The translations under genes and the position numbers were made by a program. 64,000 bases of DNA, from contig NW_027361696.1 in NCBI RefSeq assembly GCF_039654945.1, positions 14,446,001 to 14,510,000 on the forward strand, in the 5' to 3' direction. Origin of the DNA: Dendrobates tinctorius. Taxonomy: Eukaryota. The notes beneath the pieces were generated by a model. That model worked only from the letters and a program-made list of their open reading frames with translations. It ran no database searches and had not been told where the DNA came from. Below are positions 39,439-54,519 of this stretch, piece by piece; the first letter of the stretch is position 1, and each line of letters begins with the position of its first letter.

Positions 39439-39575
39439 TTGGTGCCGATCACCAAGCGCGCCGCTTTCTCTTCGGGGCTCAGCGTCCGGGAGATAAGGGC
39501 CGGCACATCCTCGAATGAGGAACGATCGGTGAAGGAGAAGAGGAAGAGGACGGCGTCAGCATTCTCCTTACAGGC
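39439..39575 (-). CDS. CPLANE2: CPLANE2 exon 4
   Basis: ACKENADAVLFLFSFTDRSSFEDVP..LVIGT(K); acceptor ctgcag|GCC; 137 bp keeps frame. Confidence 0.93.
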
Positions 39576-39664
39576 CTGCAGAGACAGAACCAGATCATTT
39601 ACCGTCAGTCTGAGACAGCGGAGCACAACCGTCATCATCCGATCGGCCAAGCAGTGCCACCTAC

Positions 39665-39789
39665 AGGCAGAATGTGGTCAAACTTCTTCAGCGCAGACTC
39701 CCCACAATCCCAGAAGTGGAAGGCGAAAATGATGGGGTGATCGCAGTCTGTGGGACGAACAGGCCAATACACACAGGACGTCTGGATCC
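39665..39789 (-). CDS. CPLANE2: CPLANE2 exon 3
   Basis: (G)IQTSCVYWP..FHFWDCGESALKKFDHILP; AG/GT boundaries. Confidence 0.93.
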
Positions 39790-40076
39790 CTGAGGGCAAA
39801 CGTGACATTGATAGATTAGGATCAATCGGAACAAGCTAAGCTGCACTGTAAAGCACAGAGGAGGAACAGACCAATGCCCAGGGCCTCTAATAAAGCAGAA
39901 GGTGAATTTCAAACTTTAGAGATGGCCCAAAAATGCACACTCGAGACAACTGAGCACACATGTTTTGTCAGTGGGGACAGGGGAGTGCGAGATCCCTCTG
40001 ACCCACCCAGGTTCTCACCAGAGACAGCGATGATAGAGTCCCTGATCCATCACTTTCTGTATAGTGCAGACCTCAC

Positions 40077-40229
40077 CTGTGGTCTCATGGTGCATGGGGG
40101 TCACCTCCAGTCCGCAGAGTTTAGCAACCAGGGACGTCTTTCCGACACCACTTTTCCCAGAGACGAAGATTTTGTAGCTGGCGACATCAGCGGGAAACTG
40201 TGGGGGAAGAACCGGTCGCTCGATCAGCC
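40077..40229 (-). CDS. CPLANE2: CPLANE2 exon 2 (P-loop)
   Basis: (G)LIERPVLPP..YKIFVSGKSGVGKTSLVAKLCGLEV..HHETT; AG/GT boundaries. Confidence 0.95.
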
Positions 40230-40294
40230 CTGTGCAAATACACGAATCACAACGGTGTCACCAAAAGAAAAACACAAGGGCCAGCAGGGGGCAG

Positions 40295-41635
40295 TGCGGA
40301 GATATTTCAGGAGATGTAATATCACATAGGGACCAGTTGAGGGCGGTGCGGAGAGAAAACAGGAGATGGAATATCACACAGGGACGAGCAGAGGCGGTGC
40401 GGGGTTAATACAGGGGATGTAATATCACCTAGGGACCAGTAGAGGGCGGTGCGGAGATAATACAGGAGATGGAATATCACACAGGGACGAGCAGAGGCGG
40501 TGCGGGGATAATACAGGGGATGTAATATCACCTAGGGACCAGTAGAGGGCGGTGCGGAGATAATACAGGAGATGGAATATCACACAGGGATGAGCAGAGG
40601 CCGGTGCGGGGATAATACAGGAGATGTAATATCACCTAGGGACCAGTAGAGGGCGGTGCGGAGATAATACAGGAGATGGAATATCACACAGGGATGAGCA
40701 GAGGCCGGTGCGGGGATAATACAGGAGATGTAATATCACCTAGGGACCAGTAGAGGGCAGTGCAGAGATAATACAGGAGATGGAATATCACCTAGGGACC
40801 AGTAGAGGGCGGTGCGGAGATAATACAGGAGATGGAATATCACACAGAGACCAGCAGAGAGCGGTGCAAGGATAATACAGGAGATGGAATATCAAACAGG
40901 GATGAGCAGAGGGCGGTGCAGGGTAAATACAGGAGATGGAATATCACACAGGGACCAGTAGAGGGCAGTGCGGAGATAATACAGGAGATGGAATATCACA
41001 CAGAGACCAGCAGAGGGCGGTGCAGGGTAAATACAGGAGATGGAATATCACACAGGGACCAGCAGAGAGCGGTGCAGGGATAATACAGGAGATGGAATAT
41101 CACACAGGGACCAGCAGAGAGCGGTGCAGGGATAATACAGATGTAATACGACAGAGACCAGCAGAGGGCGATGCGAGGATAATACAGGAGATGTAATATC
41201 ACACAGGGACCAGCAGAGGGCGATGCGAGGATAATACAGGAGATGTAATATCACACAGGGACCAGCAGAGGGCGATGCGAGGATAATACAGGAGATGTAA
41301 TATCACACAGGGGCCAGCAGAGGGCGATGCGAGGATAATACAGGAGATGTAATATCACACAGGGACCAGCAGAGGGCGATGCGAGGATAATACAGGAGAT
41401 GTAATATCACACAGGGACCAGCAGAGGGCGATGCGAGGATAATACAGGAGATGTAATATCACACAGGGACCAGCAGAGGGCGATGCGAGGATAATACAGG
41501 AGATGTAATATCACACAGGGGCCAGCAGAGGGCGGTGCGGGGATAATACAGGACTCACAGGAGATGTAATGACAGAGGCCAGCAAAGGGCAGTGCGGGGA
41601 TAATACAGGAGATGGAATATCACGCAGAGGGCGGT
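40295..41635. repeat. 52-bp minisatellite filling CPLANE2 intron 1
   Basis: Unit GGGACCAGCAGAGGGCGATGCGAGGATAATACAGGAGATGTAATATCACACA. Confidence 0.95.
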
Positions 41636-41646
41636 GTCTTAGTTAC

Positions 41647-41764
41647 CGTACGTTCTTCGCTTCCCTTTCCGCAGGACACAGGTCTGATAGTCGCGGCCTT
41701 CGGGTGACTGCAGCCAGTGTGCTGTGATCACACTCCCAGGAATGTGCACAGAGATCCTGGACAT
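41647..41764 (-). CDS. CPLANE2: CPLANE2 exon 1, with ATG
   Basis: MSRISVHIPGSVITAHWLQSPEGRDYQTCVLRKGKRRTY(G), similar to human PGSVVVPNWHESAEGKEYLACILRK; donor G|GTAACT; total CDS 801 bp. Confidence 0.9.
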
Positions 41765-41819
41765 TTTACCGATCGCACATCCGGGATTCTGCTATACAAG
41801 GAGAGCTGTCGCAGAGTAA

Positions 41820-41849
41820 TGACGTCAGCAGTGAGAAGCGTCACGTGAT
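41820..41849. promoter_or_regulatory. CPLANE2 proximal promoter motifs: CRE (TGACGTCA) and E-box (GTCACGTGAT)
   Basis: Palindromic motifs 55-85 nt upstream of the ATG in a CpG-rich patch. Confidence 0.5.
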
Positions 41850-42049
41850 ATGCAAGTGTCCGTTACGGCCATGCCCATTGAAGAAAACGTCAGGCGTCCG
41901 GTGGTTACTTTCGCCTTTCTGCTCCCGCTGTTATCTGATCTCTCCGCACCAGGAGCCGCTAGTAATGTGACCGTCACCAGAAATAATGCAGGAGACCAAA
42001 CTACATTGGCCCCTCATACTCTACTGCCCTGCCCCTTTATAGGCTTATG

Positions 42050-43780
42050 ACACCCACCCACCCACGCCCCCCTACCACACAAACTCACTCCCTACCCTTC
42101 TTCCACAACTCTTTTGCTCCTTCCCACACACACTCCCAACCCCACACAACTCCCTGCTCACCACCCCCTTGCCCTTTCCCAAATCCCCACACTCCTCTGC
42201 CCATCCTCCAACTCTTTTGCCCCACACTCACACTCCCCCTGCTCACACACTTCCCCAGACCATCCCCCCACTCTTTTGCCCCTTCCCTCACACTCTCCTG
42301 CCCCCACTTCCCACACACACACATTCCCCTCCCCACTCTTTCCCGCCCCCTCCCCACACACTTTGCTGTTCCCCCCTTCTCTCACACACTTTCCTGTTAC
42401 CCTCTTCCCCCCACACACACTTTCCTGTTTCCCCCCTCTTCCCCACACACACTTTCCTGTTCCCCCCCCCTCTTCCCCACACACACTTTCCTGTTCCCCC
42501 CCCCTCTTCCCCACACACACACTTTCCTGTTCCCCCCCTCTTCCCCACACACACACTTTCCTGTTCCCCCCCCTCTTCCCCACACACACACTTTCCTGTT
42601 CCCCCCCCTCTTCCCCACACACACACTTTCCTGTTCCCCCCCCTCTTCCCCACACACACACTTTCCTGTTCCCCCCCCCCTCTTCCCCACACACACACTT
42701 TCCTGTTCCCCCCCCCTCTTCCCCACACACACACTTTCCTGTTCCCCCCCCCTCTTCCCCACACACACACTTTCCTGTTCCCCCCCCCTCTTCCCCACAC
42801 ACACACTTTCCTGTTCCCCCCCCCTCTTCCCCACACACACACTTTCCTGTTCCCCCCCCCTCTTCCCCACACACACACTTTCCTGTTCCCCCCCCCTCTT
42901 CCCCACACACACACTTTCCTGTTCCCCCCCCCTCTTCCCCACACACACACTTTCCTGTTCCCCCCCCCTCTTCCCCACACACACACTTTCCTGTTCCCCC
43001 CCCCTCTTCCCCACACACACACTTTCCTGTTCCCCCCCCCTCTTCCCCACACACACACTTTCCTGTTCCCCCCCCCTCTTCCCCACACACACACTTTCCT
43101 GTTCCCCCCCCCTCTTCCCCACACACACACTTTCCTGTTCCCCCCCCTCTTCCCCACACACACACTTTCCTGTTCCCCCCCCTCTTCCCCACACACACAC
43201 TTTCCTGTCCCCCCCCCTCTTCCCCACACACACACTTTCCTGTTCCCCCCCCTCTTCCCCACACACTTTCCTGTTCCCCCCCCTCTTCCCCACACACACA
43301 CTTTCCTGTTCCCCCCCCTCTTCCCCACACACACACTTTCCTGTTCCCCCCCCCTCTTCCCCACACACACACTTTCCTGTTCCCCCCCCCTCTTCCCCAC
43401 ACACACTTTCCTGTTCCCCCCCTCTTCCCCACACACACACTTTCCTGTTCCCCCCCTCTTCCCCACACACTTTCCTGTTCCCCCCCTCTTCCCCACACAC
43501 TTTCCTGTTCCCCCCTCTTCCTCACACAAACACTTTCCTGTCCCCCCTCATCCCACATTTTTTTGCCACCTCCACGTGCAAAACTTCCCTGCCCTTCCCC
43601 CCATACACACTCCCCTGCCCCCTCCCATCAACCCACACATTCCCTGACCACCCCCCCGATACTCCCCTGCCCCCTCCCATCACCCCACACATTCCCCGTA
43701 CCCCCTGCCCCCCTCCCATCACCCCACACACTCACCTACATGCGCACACCCCCTGCCCCTCACTCCTCTGCCTCCTTCGG
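42050..43780. repeat. C-rich ~36-bp minisatellite (CTTTCCTGTTC9TCTTCCCCACACACACA) with degenerate flanks
   Basis: Direct repeat with extreme C/G strand skew. Confidence 0.95.
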
Positions 43781-43958
43781 TTCATCTTCCCCTGAGAACT
43801 ATGGGATCTGGTACTTTAATGATGAGAGGCGGCCGTTCCCCTCAGCCGACGGTGTCCGGGGGTCTTTGTCTTCCGCTTCCTCAGGGGTCGTTTGTGCTGT
43901 AATTTATACTAATAAAGCAGTGAATGACGGCAGCGAGGGCAGATGAGAATCAGGGAAC

Positions 43959-43964
43959 TTTATT
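43959..43964 (-). terminator. FBXO42: Probable FBXO42 polyadenylation signal AATAAA
   Basis: TTTATT on + about 1.13 kb past the stop codon, near the end of the unique sequence. Confidence 0.55.
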
Positions 43965-45091
43965 GCGATCCATCCCCTAATTCAGGGGCTGATATCAAGT
44001 GTCAAAGATGCCCCGTGTCCAGTGAGCCACTGTAGCCAGGTGACTGCTCGGGGAAGCGGAGACCGATTGGTGGGAGAGGACCATGCAGAACGTATAAAAT
44101 AACGTAGCAATAATTTAATGAGCAGCTAGAAAGCATCTCCCCCCCCCCCCCCCAACGATCCGGCTGTGGACCCCGCAGCATCCAGACGCAGGATACGGGG
44201 CGCCGGCCACTGCTGCTCCCGACCGCCTCCTCTCTGCAGCTGGAGGCCGCTACAAAGCAAGCGCTGTGGCTGCACAGCTCCTGATGGCGCGGGGGTGGAG
44301 AGTTCTAGTTTAGTGGTTTCTGGTGCTTGCGGTGTGGTCATAGGGTTCCGATCAGAGTGCGGGAGGAGGGCTATGCAGGGACTCGTTGTCTTTCCTACGT
44401 TTCGCTCTTCCCGCCCCAGAGTCGCCACTTTTTCCAATTCTTACGGATCACCAACAAGATTTGTCTGATTAGTCCACGATGTCTGTCGAGCCTAAAACGC
44501 GCCCCTCTCCCCGAGAAGCTTCACCGCAACCAAAATACAACTAATTGTTTTTCATCAATTTGATGAGACAAGACACACCGCTTAGATTTGGAAAAAAAAA
44601 TTAAAAACAAATTCTTCCTCCTTAGTTTCCCCCATCGCTTGTACAATGCACCACAGGATGGTGCGGGATTAACCCCACAACGCCCAGGCCCTGCTGTCCA
44701 GAGATGGCCGAGCTGCGCCTCCCTCCGAACAGCTCTTGCTCCCCCCTTCCGCCCTCTCTAGGGATGGGCACTGTAGTTTTAGTATCATTCGCGAGTTGAT
44801 GAATTAGGGGGCTGGGCCATCATTACGATTAGGAGGATAATTGGAGGATTTAACACAATGCCCCGATATCTTCCAGAATACCATAAATACAGAAGGACCC
44901 AGCCCCTGAATGGTGGGGGCCCATCATAGATTGGAGCTTTGCGTGTGTTGCTGACCTTTACAGAGAGGGGGGGTGACATGTTATACCCTGGTTCGTACCC
45001 AGGACTTGTGGGACCATGTTATTATGAGGAAAATCATGTAAAAAGGGATCCGGGAGAGGGAACATCTCCAGGGCAAAGTCTGACATCCATA

Positions 45092-46138
45092 TTATCTCTT
45101 GGCTCTTACGAAATACAAGGCGTTGGTTTTTGGGTAATATTTGACGTTCTGTTTTTTGTCCATGAGACCCCCGAAAATAATGAGTTCCCCTCGGCCTTGC
45201 ACAACCGTGTGCAGACTGGTCTCGGGGGGTCCCACCACGGAGCTATTGCTGAACACCTTCCATTTTACTCGGCCCCGTTCGCGGGGTCCCTGAATGTCCA
45301 AGGCATACATCTGCATGGGTTTGCAGTTCATGCTCTGATATAAGGGCTTCCCCACATTCAGCGACTGGGGCGGGTGATGTCCTAGACGACGGGCAATAGT
45401 GGGAAGGGAATGGCTGTCACTCTGGGCCGGGACAGGCCGTGCTGAGGCAGCTTCCGAGACGCTGCTGGGAGATCCTGGGGAGGTGAGGGTGGGAGGACTG
45501 ACGGGTTTAGCGCCCCCCTGTGATGAGGACGAAGACGTGACCAGGGCGCGAACAGCTTCCAGACCCCGCCGAAGGGCCCCAGGCGACACCGCTCCGGAAA
45601 ACGTGGACTTCATGTGCGGGGGTGTGTGCACGCCATTGGTCAGTTCGGGTGGGTTTCTACTTGCAGGGTCAAGATCTAAATCCTGTTTCCACGTGCAATC
45701 GTCTGCACCAAGACATAAATCCTTCTGCTCCGGCAGAGAACCCCGGCGAGGAGGAGGAATGGGGGCTGCCTTGTGTTCACAGCCATCAGCAGTAGACGGA
45801 GAAGTCACCGGCAAGGGGCTGTTCATGGCTGCCGCTGGTGATATACTGCCCCCATTAAGGACAGGAGACAGACCATCACTCCTTGCGGGGGAGAGGCTGC
45901 CCTCGCGGGAACCACCTCCAGTCTGCCGTGGTGGCCGGGGCCTGAGCGTTCCCCAGCGGCCATTCACACAAGGGGCTTCATCAGGTGCTCGGACTGGGGA
46001 GTGTGATCGGTATTCTCTGGTCTCTGGTGCCAGGGCAGGTGGAGTCGCACTGATCGGGGACGGACGGGAATTCAAGCTTGGACTGAGAGGAGCGCGGCCG
46101 CTGGGCGCCTGGCTGAATACGACCACACACTGGCCGAC
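45092..46138 (-). CDS. FBXO42: FBXO42 last exon
   Basis: [62 protein letters not shown]; acceptor cacag|GTC. Confidence 0.97.
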   Translation of the reverse strand, partial: VGQCVVVFSQAPSGRAPLSPSLNSRPSPISATPPALAPETREYRSHSPVRAPDEAPCVNGRWGTLRPRPPRQTGGGSREGSLSPARSDGLSPVLNGGSISPAAAMNSPLPVTSPSTADGCEHKAAPIPPPRRGSLPEQKDLCLGADDCTWKQDLDLDPASRNPPELTNGVHTPPHMKSTFSGAVSPGALRRGLEAVRALVTSSSSSQGGAKPVSPPTLTSPGSPSSVSEAASARPVPAQSDSHSLPTIARRLGHHPPQSLNVGKPLYQSMNCKPMQMYALDIQGPRERGRVKWKVFSNSSVVGPPETSLHTVVQGRGELIIFGGLMDKKQNVKYYPKTNALYFVRAKR

Positions 46139-46246
46139 CTGTGAGGGATGGAGGAAACGTGGTCACCATTCTGTGCCAGATCCCAGGAAGTGCCCAGCGA
46201 GCAAAATATCCTATGGGCCTGGGGGGCAGGAGTGCATGGCACTTAC

Positions 46247-46363
46247 CCTACAAGCCGGGTGGCACCACAAGTCCGGGGCTCCGTGCTCCTCATTTTCCAC
46301 TTTCAGCTGCTGCCAGGTCCAGGGGCTCGTGTTCATGTGCAGAAGCCAGGCATCCTTAAAGAG
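46247..46363 (-). CDS. FBXO42: FBXO42 coding exon 8
   Basis: [39 protein letters not shown]; AG/GT boundaries. Confidence 0.95.
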
Positions 46364-46444
46364 CTGAAACCGGAAACATTCCTGCAGTCAGTAACATGGG
46401 GTAATACACACACGGGCCAAGGGCCGGGGACATGGCTCACTCAC

Positions 46445-46501
46445 CGCATTGGGTCCTCCGCAGCCGCCAAGGATCAGGATCGTCTCACTGTCGATCACGA
46501 T
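46445..46501 (-). CDS. FBXO42: FBXO42 coding exon 7
   Basis: IVIDSETILILGGCGGPNA; 57 bp. Confidence 0.95.
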
Positions 46502-46575
46502 CTGTTCGAAGGAAAGAATCACATTATCATCCCGCGTGACCCAATGTGAGGGGAGGGACATGACACTGAGCGTAC

Positions 46576-46672
46576 CTGAGACTGTCCTCCGCGTGGGTGA
46601 GGGCTGGGACCTGCGATGTTGGGCTTGGACCACGACCACTGCTCCATGTCGAGCACCCAGACATCACTACTC
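46576..46672 (-). CDS. FBXO42: FBXO42 coding exon 6
   Basis: [32 protein letters not shown] (Kelch repeat). Confidence 0.95.
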
Positions 46673-47710
46673 CTGGAAGACAAGATCATTCTAATGCATC
46701 TGTGTGTGACATCTTCGGCGACATTCACACTGGTGAAGAGCTCCAGTAATGTCTACTGGACAAATGTCCGATCACCCTTCAGACTTCTCTTATGTCCAGT
46801 AAAGATGGACGGACAGGAGTGCGCACGTTTCCATCATCAGACCTGGCAGGTGATGATGTGTATTCACTTCCATGAATGTCCTGGACACAGACTGCAGCAA
46901 TGAAGGGAATGGCCACATGACGAGATCCCTGGTGCTCTTCTCTATTGTGAACATGGACTTATTGCCACTTCTTTTACCTCCTATCCGTCCTCTGCTGCAG
47001 CCGAGGGCCAAGAGCGGCGCTTCTCCCGGGGTGTCCTTGCCCCTGGAAAGCAGCGGACGGATCGCAGGGGAATAGGATTATAGTGAATATGGAAAGAACT
47101 AAACCAAAGATAAAAACCACTGGAAAGAAGTCACATTGTATGTGACCAGAGGCCATAATGTAACAGAGCGCTACCGAGCGTCTAATAGGGAGTGTCAATG
47201 TTTGATGATACAAGGACCACCCATAGAGCCAGCCCCCATGAGTTCTAGGGTGCAAAGGGGCTGACAAATTCAACAGTATTAACACAATGCTGGCAGCGGA
47301 AAAGGTCCTAAAAACACATGCAGAGGCCATCATGGAGGAAGCTACCATCCCTGCAGCCCGGTCACGTGTCAGCTCTGGACAGGTGTGTGGCGCCGGCCGG
47401 GTCACGTGTCAGCTCTGGACAGTTGTGTGGCGCTGGGCCAGTCTCGTGGCTGCTCTGGACAGGGGTGTGGCGCTTCATGTGATTGTTCGTGTGCCCGAGG
47501 TCTATACTATGAAGACGCCGTCTGGCACAAACTGTGTGTTTGTTTTTTCCATAAAACCCCGTTCACCTACAAGTCAATCCTGAGTGTTTGAACCCCACTG
47601 GGGAGGGGGGATTTCTGCATGCACCTGTCGTGTTCAGGTGTTGCCCCACATCCTATGATGTTGGCAGCGTAACAACATTAATATCGTAGGTGAATACAAA
47701 CTCATCTTAC

Positions 47711-47821
47711 ATTTGTCGAGAACCTAGAGATCCCCCGAAGACGATCATCTTGTCACCAATCACACAGGAAGAATGGCCAGCCATTGGTGGGGGGCCGTGG
47801 GTGGTCACAATGCAGTTCCAC
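47711..47821 (-). CDS. FBXO42: FBXO42 coding exon 5
   Basis: [36 protein letters not shown](M). Confidence 0.95.
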
Positions 47822-47978
47822 CTGGAAGGACGATATGTGGTTATTGCAGAAAAGCTGGGGATGACTGACTCCAACATGAACCTCACAGCCATAACTATCC
47901 CTAGTGCCGTCAGATTGGGGTTATCGTCCTTGGTGGTCATCCTCCCTGAGGGCCATGACAGGTGGGATCACATCTTAC

Positions 47979-48132
47979 CAGTTCTTTGATGGTGAATACG
48001 TATGGATCTCATCAAAGAAGCGTTCAGGCTGATGTAAGGGGTACGGGCTTGGCCGCGTCCACCCTCCGAACAGAACCAGCAGCTCCTTGTACACGACCAG
48101 TGTTGCCCCGGCTTTGGGTGACGGATAAGAAC
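47979..48132 (-). CDS. FBXO42: FBXO42 coding exon 4
   Basis: [50 protein letters not shown](W). Confidence 0.95.
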
Positions 48133-48199
48133 CTGGGAAACAGATGAGGAGCCAGATCAGTGCAGCCAGTAATGCGAGGGCGAATGCGGCTAGGATTAA

Positions 48200-48659
48200 C
48201 CCCTTCACCCCACCTTTCTTTTTTTCCCTCCCTGCAGTCGTGGGAAACTTGGGTTTTAATTGACAATTCTGGGGTATCGATTTTTTCCCGGCGTCGGCTG
48301 TTTTCTCGGAGGATCGGACTTTTGCTCAATGATTATTTTTGGGGTTTTGGAACAAGGGCAATAAACCTTCGTCTTCTTCGTTTTTGTGACTTTTGCAGCT
48401 GTCCACAGGGGAAACCTGAACCAGCGATCGATCATCCGATCACTCGTCTTATCGCAATACTTCAGTATGTGTAAGAAAGGTCCATCAGCTGCACCAGAGC
48501 CCCACTATAACAGAGGGGATTCAGACACCCCAGCAGCGATGACAACCATCGCACGATCGGGTCATGGGGAAAAGGGGTGCTGGGTACCATAATAAACCCT
48601 CCATTGTGTCCGCAACACTTAAATGTTGCTGTCAGTGATTGCTAATGGCATTTAAGGGG
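48200..48659. mobile_element. Non-autonomous piggyBac-like element in an FBXO42 intron
   Basis: TTAA|CCCCTT ... AAGGGG|TTAA. Confidence 0.7.
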
Positions 48660-49069
48660 TTAACAGTAGTGGACGGAGCCCGTACCGGTCGCAGTCGGCC
48701 CCCACTGCACCAGACATAGCACGTCCTGTCAGTAATGGGTTAATGGAGACTCTGAAACATCTGCCTCGATGCATGATTACTTCTGCACACAGGTGCAGTA
48801 TAACGCTCCAGTAATGTATAAATATAGGTGCCCGCTCCCGGACAGGAATCCAGTTCTGATGCCAGAGACTGGTGGGAAAAATTCCTGCCAAGTTCCGTGG
48901 CAGAGGGGGGGCGAGGGGTAGGGACACATCTACAGACACCCAGAAGACTGGAGATGCCCCAGGGCCACGGAACAGTACAGCTGGGTGCGCGGGATCTGCA
49001 GGGACCACGCATTCAGCAGAACCAATGTGAGATAAGCTCTCCACAGTGCAGCACCCCCTTACATCTCCT

Positions 49070-49550
49070 CCCACATTTCTGTCTACCTAGCTGATCGCTG
49101 CGCTCTGCAAATGACTTTCGACTAACCTCTGCACTAATCTATACCTCCCACTCCCTACTCCTCTCACGCGGCGCCAATCCTCTGGAATGCTTTACAAGAA
49201 ATTAGGACCATCCACAACTTGCCGCTGCGTGTCACATGTAGCGAGATCGCTGTTGCGTAACAAAATCGGTGACGCTTCAGCGATCTCGCTATGTGAGGCG
49301 GGGGGCTTAAGTGTGTGTAGCCCATTCATTATCTCTATCTATCCCCCCCTCCCTCAAGATGGCTGGACCATCATTGTAATTACACACCTGTACTTTGTAT
49401 CTCCCCCACATCATTGTAGATTGTAAGCTCTCACGAGCAGGGTCGTTTTATTTTGCTTTAATTATTGTATTGTTAACGTTGTTACTTATGACTGCTGTTT
49501 GAAACTGATAAACAGAAAAGCGCTGCGGAATATGTTGGCGCTATATAGAT
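49070..49550 (+). mobile_element. L2 3' fragment (intronic)
   Basis: 3' UTR motifs TAGATTGTAAGCTCTC..GCAGGG and AAGCGC..GGCGCTATA shared with the L2 at 35950-36090. Confidence 0.7.
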
Positions 49551-50616
49551 CTTATTTTTAAATTAAGATCTGACAGAATCCGGGACACAATCCGAGCGCC
49601 CAGGAAAGAGGCGGCTCCAGGAAAACGTGTGACCGAGCAATGACGACAGGCAAGCGTTCACAGCGTGGTCGCCCCCGGCAGATTTTACCCCAGTGACTGT
49701 GAGCCACCTCTTTAATCCACTGACTAATTGCAGGGCTAAAGGGCCAACACGTCACACGGCTGCGCCACAATAAATGCTGCTCCACCAGTCAATCACAGAG
49801 AAAGCCTGAACCCATCAGATCCTGGACGATTGTCCTGTCAGGCACACAGAGGAGTCAGGACGGGTCCCTACCTGGCGAGTGCCGGCTGCGCTGTACTGCC
49901 TGCGAGTCTGACGCCAGCACTCAGGTTGTGTGTGATCCAAACACGGGTGTGACCCCAAACGGTGCCAATAACATCCACAGCCCGACCTGCACCACTTGCC
50001 CCCACAGCATCGACGAAGAAGCCGGACTCTTAAAAAATTTTTCCGCCATTTGACTGGACTTTAATTTTTCCCTCGTTTTCAGTACAATGTTTGGTTAAGT
50101 GAATGGTGACACCCGAATAAGCACCCATACGACACGTTAACGGGAAAATACAAATGGCCGAAGCCCACCCGCGGCTGACCCCCCCCGAAGCAGATTTCCA
50201 AAGACAATGAGCTGATGACTGCGAAACTGCCGGCCGAATGCTGCCAGCGGAGCAGGGTGCGACTGTGGTGTGGCCCCTCCCGTGGGATACTATTCTGCAG
50301 CGTATTCTCAGGGAGCAGTGGGAATCACGTCCAGACTGCAGCTCCCTACCGTAGGGGAAGGGTTAACACTGAAATCTGTCATCTCCGACTGTAATTCATC
50401 CTGATCCCAGAGATGGGGGAGCATCCAGGGATGTGCACGAGGCCATGTCTGTTCCCACAGATTACACCCCCATTACACGGAGTGATGGGGGCACAGAACC
50501 GCATGGGAGTCAGACCTCAGAGAATCGCCTCCTACCCCGTTGACGGGGTAGACCGACACAATGTGATGAATGTCTCCAGCGTCTACATCCACAGTTGCCC
50601 TCCTCTCTTAAGATTA

Positions 50617-50964
<348 letters not shown>

Positions 50965-51032
50965 TCACTCCTGGCAGTGCTCGTATGGGCTGATCATTGG
51001 TCAGTTTGCTGTGGTACAGAAGGGTCCCTTTA

Positions 51033-51512
<480 letters not shown>

Positions 51513-51854
51513 TCATGGCCGATTCAAATACAAATCATGCATACAGTTATTTTTTTCCCAGACAAACTGACCAAGGAAAAACGTGAAATTTGCTCGGGCT
51601 CGTAGACGAACATCGGTTCGAGTTCAATCTAATGCTTTGTTGGGTCTCACTCGGAATAAAAATACAGCCATCTGCATGAGCCCTAAGTAAAATAACAGAG
51701 GCGTACAGACAAGTGCGTGTGTCTATAGCGGAGCTTTATGTATATGTAGCAGTGCTGTGTTGGTAAAGCGGCAGTAGATAAGCAAAGCATGTGTGATGTA
51801 GCAGAGTTAAGTTTGCCAAATTCAATTCTGCTACATCTGTGTTGTATCTATGTA

Positions 51855-53353
<1,499 letters not shown>

Positions 53354-54105
53354 TATGGAGAGATATTTTTTGTTAGTGAGGTCAATAACTTTGCTGCCAT
53401 TTCCCTGCTCATTGTTCTCTACTCCATTACTATTCAGTGTTTTATTCCTGCTGACTGTGAATGCGGACATACCAAAGACTGTGGATCACTGAGTGTGAGT
53501 GGGGGAGGACAGCGACAGAGTGGAAGAGTAAAGTAACAAGACGGAGGAGCAGGGAGGCCCGTCCAGAGCGTGGGGGCCCGCCACCCGCACTCACTGCTCT
53601 CCGTCCTCCTGCATTGGTGAACGTTTGTTGAGCCTTCCATCAGTCAGAGCAGGGAGGAATTTTTTTGTTGATCGAGCCCCACCCCCCCTCCCATCATCTG
53701 GTGCAAAGTGGTGCCATAGGCAGACGACTACCCTGCATCCCAGGGGAGAGACAGCAGCTCACAGGCGCAGTCTGGAAAGTCCCAGGACCAGGATAATAGT
53801 AGACGTTGAGTCTGGACGACAATCAGAAAAGTTCTTATCAATTACTATAAATGGTAAAGAGCAAGCAGAAGCCGGACCAGGAAACCAGCCATCTGCGAAG
53901 AGCAATCAGGGGAGACATTTCAGGAAGCTTTGACTTTTGCATCATGTCCTTCTATTGTGCCAGAGCATCCAGTGGAGAAAAAGGAAGGAATTTTACAAAG
54001 TGTCTGAATCAAGTAAAGCTGCCTCTGACCTGTGCCTCCCGCAGAGCTATGCGTTTCCATGGTAACAGACCACACAAGCCCAGCTTGGACCCCTCCCAGC
54101 AGTCA

Positions 54106-54519
<414 letters not shown>

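Noticed and set aside
42047-43946. Pro/His-rich extensin-like ORFs of 370-610 aa
   Set aside because: Low-complexity C-rich repeat, open in all six frames.
45399-46367. 322-aa plus-strand ORF
   Set aside because: Antisense shadow of the GC-rich FBXO42 last exon.
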